Position numbers and translations under genes: made by a program
The notes under the pieces: model-generated
What the model was told of the DNA's origin: nothing
Seen by the model: only the letters and a program-made list of their open reading frames with translations
The model's database searches: none
From: Candidatus Scalinduaceae bacterium
GTDB lineage: Bacteria; Planctomycetota; Brocadiia; Brocadiales; Scalinduaceae
Direction of reading: 5' to 3'
NCBI GenBank assembly: GCA_046759445.1
Contig: JBHICG010000005.1
Location: forward strand, 40,352-104,351
DNA length: 64,000 nt
In this document: positions 10,207 through 20,102 of the stretch, in pieces
Numbering within the stretch: position 1 is the first letter of the stretch
Layout of the letters: each line of letters begins with the position of its first letter

Positions 10207-10333
10207 TGTTCTTAAGAAGTAAGTTGTGAGTAGTAGCGGGCAATTTTATTTTGTAAAATTGCTAAGATCAAGAATTTATAATTTGAAATATGGGATGTGT
10301 TCCTAATAGACCATTAGAAAAAAAGGAGAACAA

Positions 10334-11407
10334 ATGAATATAATTAAATTTACTGCAATTAGCTGTTTATTGGCCCTTGTCGTTATCAATGCTGTGTTGC
10401 CTACATTTACTACTGCAGGGGGTTTGATTGATATGGGTTATGGCAGAGGTGGAAGGATGGCGGGTGGAGTTAAATCACCAAGTTCAGAAGAACCTATTAA
10501 ACCAATTCCGATTAATTTTGATTACGACCGAGCAAAGGTGGAATTAGGAAAGAAATTGTTTTTTGAACCCAGATTGTCCAAATCCGGTTGGATTACTTGT
10601 AATTCCTGTCATAACCTCTCGACAGGTGGTGCAGACAATTTGCCAAGCTCTATCGGACATAAATGGCTATTTGGTCCGATAAACTCACCTACCGTCCTGA
10701 ATGCAAGATTCAATCTGGCACAATTCTGGGATGGCCGTGCGAAGGACTTGAAAGAGCAGGCAGGAGGCCCCATAGCCAATCCTAGTGAAATGGCCTCATC
10801 CCATGAGATTGCAGTGAGTGTATTGCAATCAATACCGGAATATGTGCAATGGTTTAGGGAAGTTTATGGAGATGGAAAAATTGACATTGATCAGGTCACT
10901 GATGCTATTGCAGCATTTGAAGAGACTTTAACCACACCAAACTCAAGATTTGATATGTGGTTAAAAGGCTATGATAAATACATTTCCAAATCGGAGAAGG
11001 AAGGATATGATCTATTTAAGGATAAAGGTTGTATAACCTGCCATAATGGTGTTGGTGTTGGAGGAAACTCTTATCAGAAATTTGGAATGGCAAAACCATA
11101 TGACAAAGACACACATACTCTTGGCAGATACAACGTAACAAAAGATGAGAAAGATAAATACGTATTCAAAGTTCCACTGCTAAGAAATATTGAACTAACA
11201 GCTCCCTATTTCCACGACGCAAGTACATGGAGTTTGAGTGAGGCAGTTAATATCATGGCCGAATATCAGTTAGGATTAAGTCTTACTGATAATGAAACGA
11301 ACAAAATTGTTGCATTTCTACGAACCTTGACTGGAGAGCAACCTGAAATCATTTTTCCAACTCTGCCACCCTCAACTGCAAACACTCCAGAACCAAATCG
11401 CAATTGA
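10334..11407 (+). CDS. Di-heme cytochrome c peroxidase (CcpA/MauG family)
   Basis: Signal peptide; CNSCH and CITCH heme motifs; QFWDGRA; FKVPLLRNIELTAPYFHD. Confidence 0.93.
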   Translation: MNIIKFTAISCLLALVVINAVLPTFTTAGGLIDMGYGRGGRMAGGVKSPSSEEPIKPIPINFDYDRAKVELGKKLFFEPRLSKSGWITCNSCHNLSTGGADNLPSSIGHKWLFGPINSPTVLNARFNLAQFWDGRAKDLKEQAGGPIANPSEMASSHEIAVSVLQSIPEYVQWFREVYGDGKIDIDQVTDAIAAFEETLTTPNSRFDMWLKGYDKYISKSEKEGYDLFKDKGCITCHNGVGVGGNSYQKFGMAKPYDKDTHTLGRYNVTKDEKDKYVFKVPLLRNIELTAPYFHDASTWSLSEAVNIMAEYQLGLSLTDNETNKIVAFLRTLTGEQPEIIFPTLPPSTANTPEPNRN

Positions 11408-11654
11408 TTTTATACTGTTGACATTCATTTTAGACAGGATTTGCAGTATAATTATTTTTTTTCGTTATTGAGTTCTTTGATTTTCCGTGTATTTCCGTGG
11501 TTAACTTTTTCAATTACTTCCCTGGAGATATGCGTTAAAGAAAGAAATTAGAGGCAGACTAAAAGTAGTCAGTAAGCTATAGATGGAAGAGTTGAAAAAG
11601 GGTCCCTTATGGAATATTCATAGGAACTGTTTGTTAGTTTTTATATTGTTATTA

Positions 11655-12179
11655 CTAGAGGCATGTGCTCAATTCTAAATACATTTTTAGCCCCTTTTTC
11701 ATAGACTCAAAGGCAAATTGATCATAATCAATTTTACCTCTATCGATCCATTTTATCGCTGCAACTTCATTACCTATTGTTATTTCAGGAATTTCCTTAA
11801 GCTTAATGACAAAAAACAAATCTAGCGAGTGATATTCTACACATTTGTACAGATACACATTTGGAAATGATCCTATATAAAACATTTTGGGTACCGGAAT
11901 ATTCAATTCTTCTAGAATCTCCCTTTTTAGGGCAGATTCGGCGGATTCGTTTATGTCAACAAAACCGCCAGGAAGACCTAACATTCCTTTACATGGATCG
12001 TATTTTCTGACGCAGGCAAGTATTTGATTGCGGCATTCAATTATGCCTGCAGCAGAAGCTGCTACATTTTGAAAATATGTGAATCCGCACGATTCGCAGA
12101 AAAATTGTTTCGAATTAATCTTCTTATACTGATCGGACCCACACTGCAGGCAATAATTAATTGTAACTTCTTCGGCCAT
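11655..12179 (-). CDS. Nudix hydrolase with N-terminal zinc ribbon
   Basis: CLQC..CESC; Nudix box GGFVDINESAESALKREILEELN; start re-assigned to ATG 12179 (the ORF track extends to 12326). Confidence 0.85.
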   Translation of the reverse strand: MAEEVTINYCLQCGSDQYKKINSKQFFCESCGFTYFQNVAASAAGIIECRNQILACVRKYDPCKGMLGLPGGFVDINESAESALKREILEELNIPVPKMFYIGSFPNVYLYKCVEYHSLDLFFVIKLKEIPEITIGNEVAAIKWIDRGKIDYDQFAFESMKKGLKMYLELSTCL

Positions 12180-12549
12180 TTTTAATGAATTATGAATCGG
12201 GATAGGATAGAGTATCGCGACTTTCATCCTTCCACATACAACGTTATCAGAAGTCTTTGCCGAAGCCTTCCATACAATCAAGGTAAAGCGATACACATTT
12301 GAAACAAAGACAAATAAATATGGCAAGTCAAATTTATAATAACGATCCTCACCACACGAGGATAATGCTGAATATTATTTACCACGCAAGAATGAATACA
12401 GCATTTTTTTATTGCTGTATATTCATATGAGTTACTCAAGATTTATCTTTTTTAATATTTAATCATAATATCAGATACTAATTGAAACAGTTAAACGATT
12501 TAATCAAATGATGTGAGCTGCGTGCTTTGTGTTGTGTGTCATTTTATGT

Positions 12550-13131
12550 TCATTTTAAAATAACTTTAGCTGCTCTAAACCAACTGATAATTAGACAAAT
12601 TATAAATATGACTCCTATTATTAACAAAGAAATCTCAATAGGAATTGGCAACTTAGCTATATTTCCAAAACGCATAAAAATATAAGCAATAATACAGCTT
12701 ATGGAAGGTAATATAAAATAGAGAAGGGGAAGTAACCATACTATAAATGACGGCTTTTTATTCACACTTTTTAATTCTTGTCGTATATTTTGAATATAAT
12801 GTGACCAACCTATTTTGTTTTGAGAGGTTGTTATTTGATTGATTTGACTTTCAATATTTTCCCTTATATATGTACCTAATAGAAATATGTGATGAGAATG
12901 ATCTGTCCATATGAATCCAAATATAGTCAAAATCCAGGGGATTATTATTAGTAACGGAGAATATATTGAAGGGTCTTTAGATATGAATGCTAATGTTGAA
13001 CCTAAGGAAATTATTGAACCAGTTATGCATATAAACTGCTCTTTTGATCTTCTTTCTATCTCTTTTCTTATTTCTTGATATTCCGTTATTAACCATTGAA
13101 TCATGTAATTTTTTTGGTTATCACTAATCAT
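12550..13131 (-). CDS. Hypothetical 4-TM membrane protein
   Basis: EYQEIRKEI helix followed by two pairs of hydrophobic helices; very AT-rich. Confidence 0.6.
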   Translation of the reverse strand: MISDNQKNYMIQWLITEYQEIRKEIERRSKEQFICITGSIISLGSTLAFISKDPSIYSPLLIIIPWILTIFGFIWTDHSHHIFLLGTYIRENIESQINQITTSQNKIGWSHYIQNIRQELKSVNKKPSFIVWLLPLLYFILPSISCIIAYIFMRFGNIAKLPIPIEISLLIIGVIFIICLIISWFRAAKVILK

Positions 13132-13661
13132 ATTTCTATGCTCTACCTTTCAAAAATAGTAGATATTTTACAATGACTATTGGTAATTTACATACTCACC
13201 AATTTTGGTTTAAAAATCAATAATTCTATACCGTAAAAGTAGCTTATTTAATTTGCTTATTCAAATAAAAAAATAAAAGAAAACGCTTTGTATAATTTAC
13301 ACTATGTATATCATTTATAAACTGATTATTTCCTAGAACAACCTCTTCTACTGGATCGTGAAAAGGTTTACTTCTGGTATTGCTGCGATTGAATATGTGA
13401 TGTAAAGATGAGCGGGTGGATGTTGTGCCTTATCGAGATAAGGCATGCAATATTTATAACATAATTTTTGAAGATGGTAATTATTTTTATTGATAGGGCT
13501 ATCAAATAGTAATAAGATTATTTACATTATTATTTCACTACTTTTTATATTGTAACTGTAAAATATCTTAAACAACGATAAATTTAAAAATAGTCAATGA
13601 TATTATCAAGACCCGTGTAACCTATTAACAAACGCTTTATCTTAGAATTACAATAATAAAG

Positions 13662-14978
13662 ATGAAAAGAAGGAAAGTCATAATAATGGGTGCTGCTGGA
13701 AGGGATTTCCATAATTTCAATGTCTTCTTTAAGGATAATGAGGATTACGAAGTCGTGGCATTCACGGCAACCCAAATCCCAAACATCTCAGATAGGAAAT
13801 ATCCATCCGAACTCGCAGGAAAGTTATACCCCAACGGTATTTCTATTTACAACGAAAATGAATTCACAGAATTTATCAAAGATCACAGTGTTGATGAAGT
13901 AGTTTTTTCCTACAGTGATGTTTCTCATGAATACGTAATGCATAAGGCAAGCGAGGTGCAGGCTGCGGGTGCTAGTTTTGTTATTATGGGCGCTAAGCAA
14001 ACAATGTTGAAGAGTAAAGTACCCGTTATTGCAGTCTGTGCCGTGAGAACTGGATGTGGGAAAAGTGCAACAACAAAGAAGATATGTCAGATATTAAAAG
14101 AAGCAAGGAAGAAGATTGTGGTAGTCCGTCATCCTATGCCTTATGGAGATTTGATAAATCAAAGGGTTCAACGCTTCGAAACCTACGAAGACCTGGTCAC
14201 GCACAACTGTACTATTGAAGAGATGGAGGAATATGAACCTCACATAGAACAGGGTACAGTCGTATACGCAGGCGTTGATTATGAGGCTATACTAAGAAAG
14301 GCAGAAGGTGAGGCCGAAATAGTCATTTGGGATGGAGGGAACAATGATTTGCCCTTTTTTGAACCAGACGTTCACATAACCCTTGTAGATCCCCATAGAC
14401 CGGGACATGAAGTAACGTTTTATCCCGGGGAATCCAACCTCATACTCGCTAACATCGTAATCATAAGCAAGGAAAAGACTGCTGACGTTGAAAACATCAA
14501 TATAGTTAAAGACAACATAAAAAAGGCAAATCCAAAGGCAACCGTAATTGACGCATCATTGAATATTATGGTTGAAGGTTCCGAAATCATAAAAGACCGC
14601 AAGGTTCTTGCCGTAGAAGACGGGCCGACAGTAACTCATGGTGGAATGGCTTATGGCGCTGCCGTAATAGCAGCACAGAAACATGGTTCTTCTACCCTTG
14701 TTGATCCAAGACCGTTTGCAGTCGGAAGTATAAGAGAAACATTCAAAAAGTATCCTGACATTGGTAATCTTTTACCGGCTATGGGTTATGATCAAAAACA
14801 AATCCTTGAACTTGAAGAAACTATTAATCAAACAGATTGTGATACCGTTATCATAGGTACCCCAATCGATTTAAGTAGAAGAATTAAGATAAACAAACCC
14901 GTTGTGAGGGCAAAATACGAACTTCAGGAGATAAGCAAACCAGGGTTGAAGGAAATAATAATAGAGCTTATTAAATAA
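13662..14978 (+). CDS. cDPG-synthetase-like P-loop protein, probable arginine synthetase (ArcE-like)
   Basis: MGAAGRDFHNFN, AVRTGCGKS, RHPMPYGDL, EEMEEYE, WDGGNND, EDGPT and LPAMGY motifs; immediately upstream of carbamate kinase. Confidence 0.75.
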   Translation: MKRRKVIIMGAAGRDFHNFNVFFKDNEDYEVVAFTATQIPNISDRKYPSELAGKLYPNGISIYNENEFTEFIKDHSVDEVVFSYSDVSHEYVMHKASEVQAAGASFVIMGAKQTMLKSKVPVIAVCAVRTGCGKSATTKKICQILKEARKKIVVVRHPMPYGDLINQRVQRFETYEDLVTHNCTIEEMEEYEPHIEQGTVVYAGVDYEAILRKAEGEAEIVIWDGGNNDLPFFEPDVHITLVDPHRPGHEVTFYPGESNLILANIVIISKEKTADVENINIVKDNIKKANPKATVIDASLNIMVEGSEIIKDRKVLAVEDGPTVTHGGMAYGAAVIAAQKHGSSTLVDPRPFAVGSIRETFKKYPDIGNLLPAMGYDQKQILELEETINQTDCDTVIIGTPIDLSRRIKINKPVVRAKYELQEISKPGLKEIIIELIK

Positions 14979-15020
14979 CATTTATGCATATTTAGTAAGT
15001 TATAGAGCCTCTGAGAAATT

Positions 15021-15974
15021 ATGTCAAAGAACAGAAAAAAGATTATCGTAGTAGCCTTAGGGGGTAATGCTCTTATTCAGGAGGGCGAGAGGGGGACTAT
15101 AAAAGAACAGTTTGCGAATACACAGAAAAGTATTGAGGGCATAATCCACTGCATACAAAAAGGATTCGATGTCGTAATCACACACGGCAATGGCCCCCAA
15201 GTAGGTAATATGTTGTTGATGGTCGAATTAAGTCATGACAAGGTTCCACAACTTCCATTAGGTGTATGTGTTGCAGATACTGAAGGTTCAATCGGTTATA
15301 TGATCCAGCAAACATTAGTCAATCGTTTGCAGAAAGAGCGTATAAAAAAAAGTGTCGTTACTATCTTGACTCAGGTAATAGTGGATAAAGATGATCATGC
15401 ATTTGAAAATCCAACCAAACCAATAGGCCCTTTCTTTTCTGAAGAAGAAGCAAACATGTTCAGCAGGGAAAGAGGTTGGAAGATGGTTGAAGATAGCCAT
15501 AGGGGGTATCGAAGGGTTGTGGCCTCCCCTGCACCTATCAAGATTGTAGAAGACGAGTCAGTCAAAAGACTCCTGGAGTCTGGAGAGATTGTAATTGCTG
15601 CGGGTGGTGGCGGGATACCCGTGATCTTAAAAGATGACGGGTCTTTAGAGGGTGCAGATGTAGTTATAGACAAGGATCTTGCTTCGTATGTGTTAGCGCT
15701 GGACATAAAGGCCGATTACTTGATAATGCTCACGGGTGTTGAAAATGTCTACCTGAATTATGGTGAGCCAGATCAAAGACCCCTTGATACAATTACGATT
15801 GAAGAGGCAGAAAGATATATGGCTGAAGGGCACTTCCCTCCGGGCAGTATGGGGCCAAAGATTCTGGCGGCAATCAATTTCTTAAAAGGTGGAGGAGAAT
15901 CCTCCTTTATCACTGCTATAGATAAAGTTAAGGAAACTATTGCAGGCGAAGCAGGCACAAGGATAGTTCCATAA
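15021..15974 (+). CDS. arcC: Carbamate kinase
   Basis: VALGGNAL, THGNGPQVG, PTKPIGPF, GYRRVVASP, GGGGIPV, VIDKD and GSMGPK motifs. Confidence 0.95.
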   Translation: MSKNRKKIIVVALGGNALIQEGERGTIKEQFANTQKSIEGIIHCIQKGFDVVITHGNGPQVGNMLLMVELSHDKVPQLPLGVCVADTEGSIGYMIQQTLVNRLQKERIKKSVVTILTQVIVDKDDHAFENPTKPIGPFFSEEEANMFSRERGWKMVEDSHRGYRRVVASPAPIKIVEDESVKRLLESGEIVIAAGGGGIPVILKDDGSLEGADVVIDKDLASYVLALDIKADYLIMLTGVENVYLNYGEPDQRPLDTITIEEAERYMAEGHFPPGSMGPKILAAINFLKGGGESSFITAIDKVKETIAGEAGTRIVP

Positions 15975-16101
15975 ATTAGGACACAGGTTTGCACTGATAC
16001 GTACAGATAACTACTCGTTCTTTATTTTGATATCCTGACAATCTGCGTTCATCTGCGTCTAAAGGAGAGATTATATATAGTTAAGATATGTAGCCGATTA
16101 T

Positions 16102-17004
16102 ATGACAGAGGAAGTATCCAAAAAATATAAGTCTGGATTTGTAACGATGTGGGGAAGGCCTAACGTAGGTAAGTCGACGTTGCTCAATACGCTTGTTGGT
16201 GAAAAGGTGGCAATCGTTACGCCAAGGCCTCAAACGACACGCAATAGAATCACAGGTATATGTGAGGTAGAAAATGGGCAGATTGTATTTCTGGACACAC
16301 CGGGAATCTTAAAGCCAAAACAAAAGCTTGATGAACATCTGGTAAGGTTAGCGCGTAATGGTCTCAGGGATGCTGACGTAGTTTTATTTGTTGTGGATAG
16401 TACTACACCTCCACATGGTGATGATAAACGTGCTGCAAAACTTATACGTTCCATCACAAAAGATATTTTACTTGTAGTTAATAAGATAGATATTGCTGAC
16501 ATCTCTCACCTTGAAGACCGTATCGATGAATATAAAAAGCTCGGAGACTTTAAAGGTGGCGTTGCTGTTTCAGCCATAACCCATATAAACCTTCATATGC
16601 TCGTCAATAAGATACTAGAATTATTGCCGGAAAGCCCTCCCTACTACCCTGAAGGTACTCTAACAGACCAGCAAGAAAAATTAACAATTGCAGAACTCAT
16701 TCGAGAACAGGTGCTGCTCTTTGCAAGGCAGGAGGTCCCTCATGGAGTGGCTGTAGTGATAAATGAGTTTGCTCCAAGAAGTGATGAACTCGTTTATATT
16801 GCTGCGACAATATATGTGGAAAAGCCAACACATAAGTTGATTATTGTCGGCGAGCGAGGACAAATGTTAAAGGAGATAGGAAGGAAATCACGAGAAGGCA
16901 TTCAAGAGCTATTAGAAAAGAAGGTTTACCTGGACCTCTGGGTCAAGGTAAGTAAAAACTGGCGAAAGGATGAGGCAACGTTAAGGCGTTTTGGGTATAA
17001 GTAA
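16102..17004 (+). CDS. era: GTPase Era
   Basis: GRPNVGKST, PQTTRN, DTPG and NKID motifs; C-terminal KH domain (VYLDLWVKV). Confidence 0.96.
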   Translation: MTEEVSKKYKSGFVTMWGRPNVGKSTLLNTLVGEKVAIVTPRPQTTRNRITGICEVENGQIVFLDTPGILKPKQKLDEHLVRLARNGLRDADVVLFVVDSTTPPHGDDKRAAKLIRSITKDILLVVNKIDIADISHLEDRIDEYKKLGDFKGGVAVSAITHINLHMLVNKILELLPESPPYYPEGTLTDQQEKLTIAELIREQVLLFARQEVPHGVAVVINEFAPRSDELVYIAATIYVEKPTHKLIIVGERGQMLKEIGRKSREGIQELLEKKVYLDLWVKVSKNWRKDEATLRRFGYK

Positions 17005-17071
17005 ATTAATACTTTAATAATTATTAAGCTGCGAATTAATATTGATCCTACTAGGTTGTAAATATCAAACA

Positions 17072-18103
17072 GGAGTTAAGGCTTTAGCCTTTTATGTGCA
17101 TGTATAGGAATTTCAAAAGAGCCCACGAAACACACGAAAAGACACAAAAAAATACTTTCGTGATTTTCGTGGGGAATAGTAGTTGCCGAAGGCTTAATTT
17201 AATGCATAGGAATTTCAATGTTGTTTGTAACGTGTTAAAATAAAACCCTAAAGGGTAAAATCCGAAACGGAGTTAAGGCTTTAGCCTTTTATGTGCATTG
17301 GGGGTTTCTCCCAATGCCTTAAACCCTAAAGGGTGAAGTCCGATAAACCACCTGAAAGCATAATTTCAAAAAAACAAAAATAATATTTTGACTTATGGCT
17401 AATACTCGAAAAGATGTACAAAAGAGACATCAGCCTTTTCATTTATATGTGGATAAACAAATATACTTTTTCTCTGTACATACCTATCAAAACGTTCCTA
17501 TTTTAAAGAGTGTAAAACGTAAAAGTGCATTTGAGCAAAAGTTAAAAGATAAAATGGTTGAAAAGCAGTGCAATATTATTGCCTGGGTGATTCTTGATAA
17601 TCATTACCATTTCATGATGAAGACTGATAAAGGAAAAGACATCCGGGATATTTTCAAAGCTATTCATGGTACAACATCATTTCAATGGAATAAAGAGGAT
17701 GGCAAGAAAGGCAGGAAGATATGGCAAAGTTATTGGGATTATTGTATCCGTAGTGAAAGCGATTATTGGACGCGTTTTAATTATATCCATCATAATCCTG
17801 TAAAGCATTGTTATGTTAAAAGGATGGAAGATTATGGATTTTCCAGCTTTAATTTCTATGTGAAGACAAAAGGATATGAATGGTTGATGTCTGTATTTGA
17901 AAAATATCCTGTTGTTGATTATATCATGGAAGGTGATGATAGATAGGAATTAAGGCTTCAGCCTTTTATCTATTTTGTGGATGAAATAAAAGTCTAAAGA
18001 CTAAATTCCATTTAAAGAGTTTTAAAAGTCTGAAGACTTAACTCCTTGAGAATAGAAAAATCTTACGTTTATAAAAACAGGAGTTAAGACTTTAGTCTTT
18101 TAT
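17072..18103. repeat. Eight 23-24-bp REPs (GGAGTTAAGGCTTTAGCCTTTTAT family) flanking RAYT
   Basis: Copies at 17072(+), 17240(-), 17269(+), 17319(-), 17946(+), 17986(-), 18022(-) and 18080(+). Confidence 0.85.
17395..17946 (+). CDS. REP-associated tyrosine transposase (RAYT, Y1 HUH superfamily)
   Basis: AWVILDNHYH (HUH), IWQ.SYWDYCIR, NYIHHNPVKH and YGFSS motifs; flanked by REPs. Confidence 0.9.
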   Translation: MANTRKDVQKRHQPFHLYVDKQIYFFSVHTYQNVPILKSVKRKSAFEQKLKDKMVEKQCNIIAWVILDNHYHFMMKTDKGKDIRDIFKAIHGTTSFQWNKEDGKKGRKIWQSYWDYCIRSESDYWTRFNYIHHNPVKHCYVKRMEDYGFSSFNFYVKTKGYEWLMSVFEKYPVVDYIMEGDDR

Positions 18104-18194
18104 CTTGTTTTAAACTGCTTTAAGAATTTAAGAGAGTAAATAATATAAAAAGCTATTTATAAAAGATAATTGAATGGAAGATAGCGTGAAAAGA

Positions 18195-20000
18195 TTACGT
18201 CGTTTCCTTTTTCAGATATACTTTATAAAGCTGGCTATATAATCCTTGTTTTCTCATCAATGCTTCATGATTTCCTTCCTCGACCTTTTCCCCCTTGTTT
18301 AATACCAGGATATGGTCGCAATTATTAATGGTAGATAACCTGTGAGATATTATAATAGAAGTCCTGTCTTCGGTTATCTTTTTAATGGCATCTTGAATTA
18401 AGACCTCAGAAACAGGGTCAATGTTAGACGTTGCTTCATCCAGGATTAGGATTTCAGGATTGTAGGCAAGAATCCGCGCGAATGATATAAATTGACGTTC
18501 ACCTGCAGAGAGGTTTGAGCCTCTTTCGGCCACTTCAGTATCCAATCCCTGTGGCATTCTACCAATGAAATGAGCAAGACCAAGCTCATCTATGATTCCT
18601 AAAATCCTTTTATCTGAAATAGAATTAAAAAGTGATATATTGTCCCTGATAGTTCCGGAGAAAAGGAAAATATCCTGGCTTATCATACCAATAATCTTTC
18701 TCAATTCTGTTTTATCAATATCCTGAATATTTCTATTGTCTAACAATATTTCGCCTTTATTGATTTCGTACAGTCTTGTTATTACGTTTGCAACTGATGT
18801 CTTTCCGCTACCAGTTACACCTACAAGGGCAAGTGATTGTCCTGGCTCGATCTTAAATGATAGTTCTTTAAGGACGTAATCCTTATCAAGGACGTAATCC
18901 TTGCTATTGTACGTAAACCAGACATCTTTGAATTCTACCTTCCCATTTAATTTATATAATACTGACCCTTCTCTGAGTGTTACTTTCTTATAATCATTCT
19001 CAGACGGTTCTTTCATCAAACCAAATACCCTCTCAGCCGAAGCTATTGCACTCCGAAATGTATTGTACTTTTCAACAATATCTCTTATTGGTTCAAATAT
19101 CCCCTGTATGTACGCAAGGAACGCCACAAGAATACCCAGCGTAAGGTCTAAATTGATGTATCTAAGTGCACCATACCAGAGAATCAGCGCAACTGAAAGG
19201 GCATGTATAATGTTGATCGCAGGTTGGAAAATAGCATAGTATCTAATGTAACTAACCTGTTCACCGAGATAATCTTTATTTACTGAATCAAAATCCTCGT
19301 AATTTCTCTTTTCTCTATTAAAAAGTTGAATAATCTTCATTCCTGTTATGTTCTCATTTAAATGTGAATTTACACGAGCTAATTTTCTCCTTATTTCTCT
19401 AAAGGATGCTTTTATCCTCTTGCTGAAAAATATGGCGACCATCATCATCACAGGGAAAACACTTAAAGCTATGATGGCAAGTTTAGGATTCAATAAAAAC
19501 ATTGTTACGATTACGCCTACGATGATAAAGACGTCTCCTATTACGACAATAATTCCTGCAGAAAATAGTTCTCCCAGTGCGGCAATGTCATTGGTTAAGC
19601 GTGTCATTAACCTGCCTACAGGATTCTTATCAAAGAAGGATACCGGAAGTGTTTGTATATGAGAGAAGAGCTCCATCCTTAGATCCATCATAACCTTTTG
19701 ACCGATGATCTGGATATTGTAGCTCTGTACTATTACGAGTAACACCCTGAATGTCTCAACTCCAAGTATGATTAATGCCATTGTAATAATTATTGATTTG
19801 TTTCCTTTGACAATTCCATGATCAATTGCGTATCCAAATAAATATGGACCCAAAAGAAATAAAAGCGTTGCGGCAAAGACCATCATAATTGAGAGTAATG
19901 TAGATAACCTGTATCTCATTATGTATGACATGAGCCTTCTCACTATGGTTCTGTCATACAACTTTTCAATTGTTTTGTCTTCGTTTATATACTCTTTCAT
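18195..20000 (-). CDS. Type IV ABC exporter, TMD-NBD half (canonical Walker B)
   Basis: 6-TM TMD; GVTGSGKT; LSAGERQ; LILDEATS. Confidence 0.92.
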   Translation of the reverse strand: MKEYINEDKTIEKLYDRTIVRRLMSYIMRYRLSTLLSIMMVFAATLLFLLGPYLFGYAIDHGIVKGNKSIIITMALIILGVETFRVLLVIVQSYNIQIIGQKVMMDLRMELFSHIQTLPVSFFDKNPVGRLMTRLTNDIAALGELFSAGIIVVIGDVFIIVGVIVTMFLLNPKLAIIALSVFPVMMMVAIFFSKRIKASFREIRRKLARVNSHLNENITGMKIIQLFNREKRNYEDFDSVNKDYLGEQVSYIRYYAIFQPAINIIHALSVALILWYGALRYINLDLTLGILVAFLAYIQGIFEPIRDIVEKYNTFRSAIASAERVFGLMKEPSENDYKKVTLREGSVLYKLNGKVEFKDVWFTYNSKDYVLDKDYVLKELSFKIEPGQSLALVGVTGSGKTSVANVITRLYEINKGEILLDNRNIQDIDKTELRKIIGMISQDIFLFSGTIRDNISLFNSISDKRILGIIDELGLAHFIGRMPQGLDTEVAERGSNLSAGERQFISFARILAYNPEILILDEATSNIDPVSEVLIQDAIKKITEDRTSIIISHRLSTINNCDHILVLNKGEKVEEGNHEALMRKQGLYSQLYKVYLKKETT

Positions 20001-20102
20001 AATAGTTCAATTATTAAAAAGAATTGGACAGGCTAAAGGCGTTCGGCATAGGACGCTTAGATAATATATAAATCTTGTTTATCCTGTCAAAATTTTGTCT
20101 GA

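Noticed and set aside
17072..18103. CRISPR array interpretation of the 24-bp repeats
   Set aside because: Mixed orientations, irregular spacing, no cas genes, and they flank a RAYT; these are REPs.
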